A stretch of DNA of 64,000 bases, from NCBI RefSeq assembly GCF_009914755.1, contig NC_060936.1; one strand, written 5' to 3'. The notes beneath the pieces are model-generated. The model saw only the letters and a list, made by a program, of their open reading frames with translations. It was not told the DNA's origin and did no database searches. Shown piece after piece: positions 58,620 to 64,000 of the stretch. Every line of letters begins with the position of its first letter. Within the stretch, counting starts at the first letter, position 1. Both the position numbers and the translations under genes were made by a program. The stretch is from the human T2T-CHM13v2.0 reference genome, Homo sapiens.

Positions 58620-61395
58620 TTTATTTCCCCCTTGAGGATGTCACTTTAATACTTACAGTTTAGTGTCAGCTACCTTTGGCTCCGGGTGCTTTCAGTGATG
58701 CAGATTCTGTATGTGCTCCTTGGTTAAAGAGAATCTTTGTGCAATGGCTTCCTCAGATGCTGGTTGTAGTAGCAAGGTACAGGCTGTGTACATTGTTTCA
58801 CTGTCTCTTGTGGGGCTGGAATAGCAGAGGTCTCACGAAGCTTACCTCATTCCCCAATGTGCACACTTAAAGAAGTTTTTCCCCCAGTATTTTATTCACT
58901 GGGTTGAACAGTTCAGGCTTCAAGCCAGTAGGAGTTACCCATGGGTAGAAACTGGCTGCAGCTAAAGCAGGTGGGTAAATGCAATACCCCAATGATTGGC
59001 AGAGGCCCCACTCTTGACAGAGGCAGCTGAGGAGGCTCTCAGCGAAACGCACTGTCTTTTCAGGGGGAAGAGAGGGAGCCACCTCAGCTCCCTTGCCAGG
59101 TCAGCAGGAAGCGGATCTACCTCCTAGTTACACTTCTGACCCAGCATTCCGACTGTTCTGGTGAGACAAGCACCTCTGTTCATCTGCAGGAATGCTGTTG
59201 TTCCACATAGAGAGGGACTGCGACTCTCCCTCTCATGCAAGCCTGAACCTGGATGGCACTCCTCCTGTGGGGTTGCAGTCACCCTATAGTGTTCCAGAAA
59301 GGTTGTCTACGAATGCACCTATGCCAAGTTCTCATGGGGGAAGGTCCAGCTATGTCTGCAGTGGTGGGAAAGGGAGAGGAGAAGTCCTCTTCTCCAAGAC
59401 CCTTCATGAGTGCCAGGGATGCTTGACTATTGGGGTAGGGCCACAGACTTTCCTCACTGAGCCTACCACTGAACCTGTGGCTTTGCTGAAAGAAACTTCC
59501 CACAAGTGGAAATACTAGGAACTCAAGTCCTGCAGCCTGGTTTCTTTTGTCCCAGAGGGTGCTCCCTTAAGGTAGTACACTTCCCTTTCCCCTAGGAGTA
59601 GCAGTCCCTGAGGGCCAGACTACTGTGAATACTGCTCCTCTGGGTCTAGCTGCTCAGTGGGGCTGTCACACTCCAGATTGGTGCTGGGGAATGTCTGCAA
59701 GGGATCCAGAGATGTGACCTGTCCTCAAGTCTCCCAGCAGCAGGTACCAGCACCAGCTCTGATGGGGTCAGGAGGAGAGTGACACAGACTCTGAGATTTC
59801 CTTGGTTACAAATGGCTTAGTGTGTTGGCCTCCTCAAATGCCAGCTGTCGTAGTAATGTACTGGGCATGTGGACAGACTCAAGACCTCCTAGTTAGCCAA
59901 GGTGATGCAGGCAGTGGCAATAGCTGAGGTCACTCAAGTTTTCTCCTTCCTGAACACTGCGTTATTGTGTCTGCAAATGTACTGGGCTGCACTGGTTGGC
60001 CTCCAGCCAGGAATTGGTGCTTGCAAAAAGCGCCAGCTGTGGTGGTAGCAATGGAATTTGTGCTTGCCTTATGTCACCCAGGAGAAGTACTCTGGCCTCT
60101 CAGACCATGGGTAGGGCCATGGAGCTCCACTCCTAAATGTCCCAGTCCCTTGTGTTACACTATCTGTGCGGGTGGATTGGCAAAACCAGGTGGGGGCTGG
60201 GTCAGGCAAGTCCACCCTCCGGCTCCCCAGATGTAGGCACAAGCAGTGGCCTTAGTGGGGATCAGAGGGAAGTTTCCTGGCTGCTGGAGTAATGTTCCAG
60301 GGAAAAGCACAGCTGCCTCTGCTGCACGAAAGAATCTGCATGGGGAACCGAGGGTAGCAGGCGGCAGTAAGCCCCAAACAGCTCCCACCCGCAGTGTTCC
60401 ACTAGCAACAGTTAGGTAGGTTCCAGGCAGCCTGCACTCAGAACTCAAAAATGCTCCAGGCCGGCGGGGCGCGGTGGCTCACGCCTGTAATCCCAGCACT
60501 TTGGGAGGCCAAGGCAGGCGGTTCACGGGTCAGGAGATCGAGACTATCCTGGCTAACACGGTGAAACCCCGTCTCTACTAAAAATACTAAAAATTAGCCA
60601 GGCGTGGTGGCTGGCGCTGTAGTCCCAGCTACTTGGAGGCTGAGGCAGGAGAATGGCGTGAACCCGGGAGGCGGAGGTTGAAATGAGCCAAGATCACGGT
60701 ACTGCACTCCAGCCTGGGCGACAGAAGGAGACTCCGTTTCAAAAAAAAAGCTCCAGGCCATAAGCCTTCCTAGAGAGATAGCAACCCTGTCTTTCAGGCC
60801 ACGCCCCTCCCAGCGTCCACCTGTAAAGCAAGGGCAACCAGCTCCTTCGCCGCACTTCCCGCTCGACCCTCGGTTCTGGACAACGGAGATCGTCCCCAGT
60901 CAAGGTGATTATATCGCAGATCTCACTTGGGAGCTTCTCTTAACCTGTGACCATCGCCTGAGTTAGCTGGCCGACTTCCCAGCGGTCCTTTGTGAGGTAG
61001 GATCAGGAATGGCTTCCCTCTGTCCCTGCGTGAGTCTGGGAGTGCGTGCAGAGCACTTCCCAGAGCCACTCTTTCTCACACATTCCCCATCACTCACTAA
61101 ATCAGCAACAGCTGGGTAGGGTTAAGGCCTTCCCCTGTGGCCTGGGTTGCCCAGCTCTTTTAGGGCGTGTGTGGCATGGCGGCCATCGCGCTTCCTCTCG
61201 GGCTCTGAAAACTCAACAGTTTTCTACTTCACAGTGTAGGGTGCTACCCACTGCTTCTTTCAAAGGGTCTGTGGTTTTCTGTTAAGTTCCTGTGTTGCTT
61301 CTCGGAAAAATGTTCACAGTGTGAATCTCTACACACTATTCTGTCTTTCCAAGTGGGAGAGGCACGCTAACACCGGCTCCTATCCGCCATATTGG
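58620..61395 (-). mobile_element. Old L1 5' region / 5'UTR (L1PB/L1M-like), antisense, interrupted by an AluY (60463-60749)
   Basis: minus strand starts CCAATATGGCGGATAGGAG (YY1-type L1 start motif); GC-rich L1 5'UTR-like text over ~2.5 kb; Alu TSD aaaa(t)gctccaggcc. Confidence 0.72.
60797..60996 (+). promoter_or_regulatory. AEBP2: Candidate L1-derived promoter / non-coding first exon (probable upstream alternative promoter of AEBP2)
   Basis: local CpG retention, KLF/SP motif GGCCACGCCCC (60797-60807), ETS/E2F-like CACTTCCCGC, donors AAG|gtgatt (60904) and GAG|gtagga (60996); gene assignment rests on recalled gene order, not on sequence in this window. Confidence 0.5.
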
Positions 61396-61399
61396 AAAA

Positions 61400-62515
61400 A
61401 CAAGGTTTCAAAGATTTTCTGATTTACAACTGGTTAAGGAAGGGAAGCATTTATAAAGACTGGGTTCCGCAGAAAAGAACGTTGGGTCTGGCTCGTGGGT
61501 GTGGCTTTCTCCAGGCTCCTCAGGAAGAAATTTAGAACAAAGAATGCGGGAGAGTTGAGTTCTCAGTTCTCCCTTATCTGAGGTCTATGTGGCAGTGGAT
61601 CCATTTGTTAGGGATCCATGTTTATGAAACGCAGGGCCATATGTTACGATATTATTTTTAGTTTCTATAGGGAACCAAACATCTCGTGATTCCAACTTCC
61701 TTGGCTACTCTTTTTTTTTTTTTTTTTTTTTTCAGACAAGGTCTCACTGTGTTGCCCAGGCTGGAGTGCAGTGGCGAGATCTGGACTCACTGCAACCTCT
61801 GCCTCCAGGGTTCAAGTGATTCTCCTGCCTCAAGCCTCCTGAGTAGCTGGGACTACAGGCATGCCCCACCACGCCCAGCTAATTTTTTGCCTTTTTAGTA
61901 GAGATGGGGTTTCACCATGTTGCCAAGGCTGTTCTGGAACTCAAGTGATCTGTCCGACTCGTCCTCCCAAAGTGCTGGGGTTACAGGCGTGAGCCACCTC
62001 GCCCAGTTGGCTATCGTTTTAGGCTACTATTACCTTCTTGCTTATCAAATTGCTTATTTACTTCTCAGCACTAGCTAGGTATCTGGAATTGTTATTTTTA
62101 TTTTATTTACTTATTTTTTTTTTTGAGACGGAGTCTCGCTCTGTCGCCAGGCTGGAGTGCAGTGGCGCGATCTCGGCTCACTGCAACCTCTGACTCCGAT
62201 TTCAAGCAATTCTCCTGCCTCAGCCTCCTGAGTAGCTGGGACTGACAGGCATGTACCACCATACCCAGCTAATTTTTGTATTTTTAGTACAGACAGGGTT
62301 TCACCATGTTGGTCAGGATGGTCTCCATCTCTTGACCTCGTGATCCGCCCACCTCACCCTCCCAAAGTCCTGGGATTACAGGCGTGATCCACTGCGCCCG
62401 GCTGGATTTGTTCTTAAAGAAATTCAAGATTTTCCTCTATTTTCATGCTTGTGGCAGGATGGTAGAGAGGTGGGAGGACTGGCAGGCCCCTAACAGGGGT
62501 TCCTGCTTCGTCTCA
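61400..62515 (-). mobile_element. ERV1-type LTR (MER67-like) interrupted by two Alus (61710-62010, 62093-62403)
   Basis: minus strand begins TGAGACGAAGCAGGAACCCCTGTTAGGGGCC; subfamily from memory. Confidence 0.55.
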
Positions 62516-62519
62516 CACC

Positions 62520-64000
<1,481 letters not shown>

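Noticed and set aside
58676-60448. Cluster of non-Alu ORFs in GC-richer sequence
   Set aside because: Lie in L1 5'UTR-like sequence, short, on both strands, with no recognisable domain

Overview
Human (primate) genomic DNA, extremely Alu-rich (on the order of 100 Alu copies or fragments, roughly half the window). Positions 1-33.2 kb hold the 3' part of PLEKHA5 (PEPP2) on the + strand. I reconstructed ten coding exons with canonical AG/GT ends and continuous phase, including a 189-nt proline-rich cassette exon. They end in ...TEGSHFMCV-stop, followed by an intron inside the 3'UTR and a terminal non-coding exon with AATAAA. The rest is intergenic repeat-rich DNA (Alu, L1, MaLR/ERV LTRs, MIR, Tigger/Charlie), which from recalled gene order runs toward AEBP2. 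Nearly all ORFs in the supplied track are Alu or L1 artefacts. I found no new protein-coding system. The most notable non-obvious items are: (1) a CpG-retaining, promoter-like patch in an old antisense L1 5'UTR at ~60.8-61.2 kb, a candidate upstream first exon of AEBP2; (2) a near-perfect BC200 RNA retrocopy with TSD; (3) an ~80-nt polyadenylated HERV-W (LTR17) R-region retrocopy; (4) a 73-nt templated inverted insertion inside an Alu, plus other template-switch scars; (5) a 104-bp tandem duplication of a strong splice donor; (6) splicing and 3'UTR regulatory motifs that fit neuronal regulation. Repeat subfamily names and repeat boundaries come from pattern recognition and are approximate.
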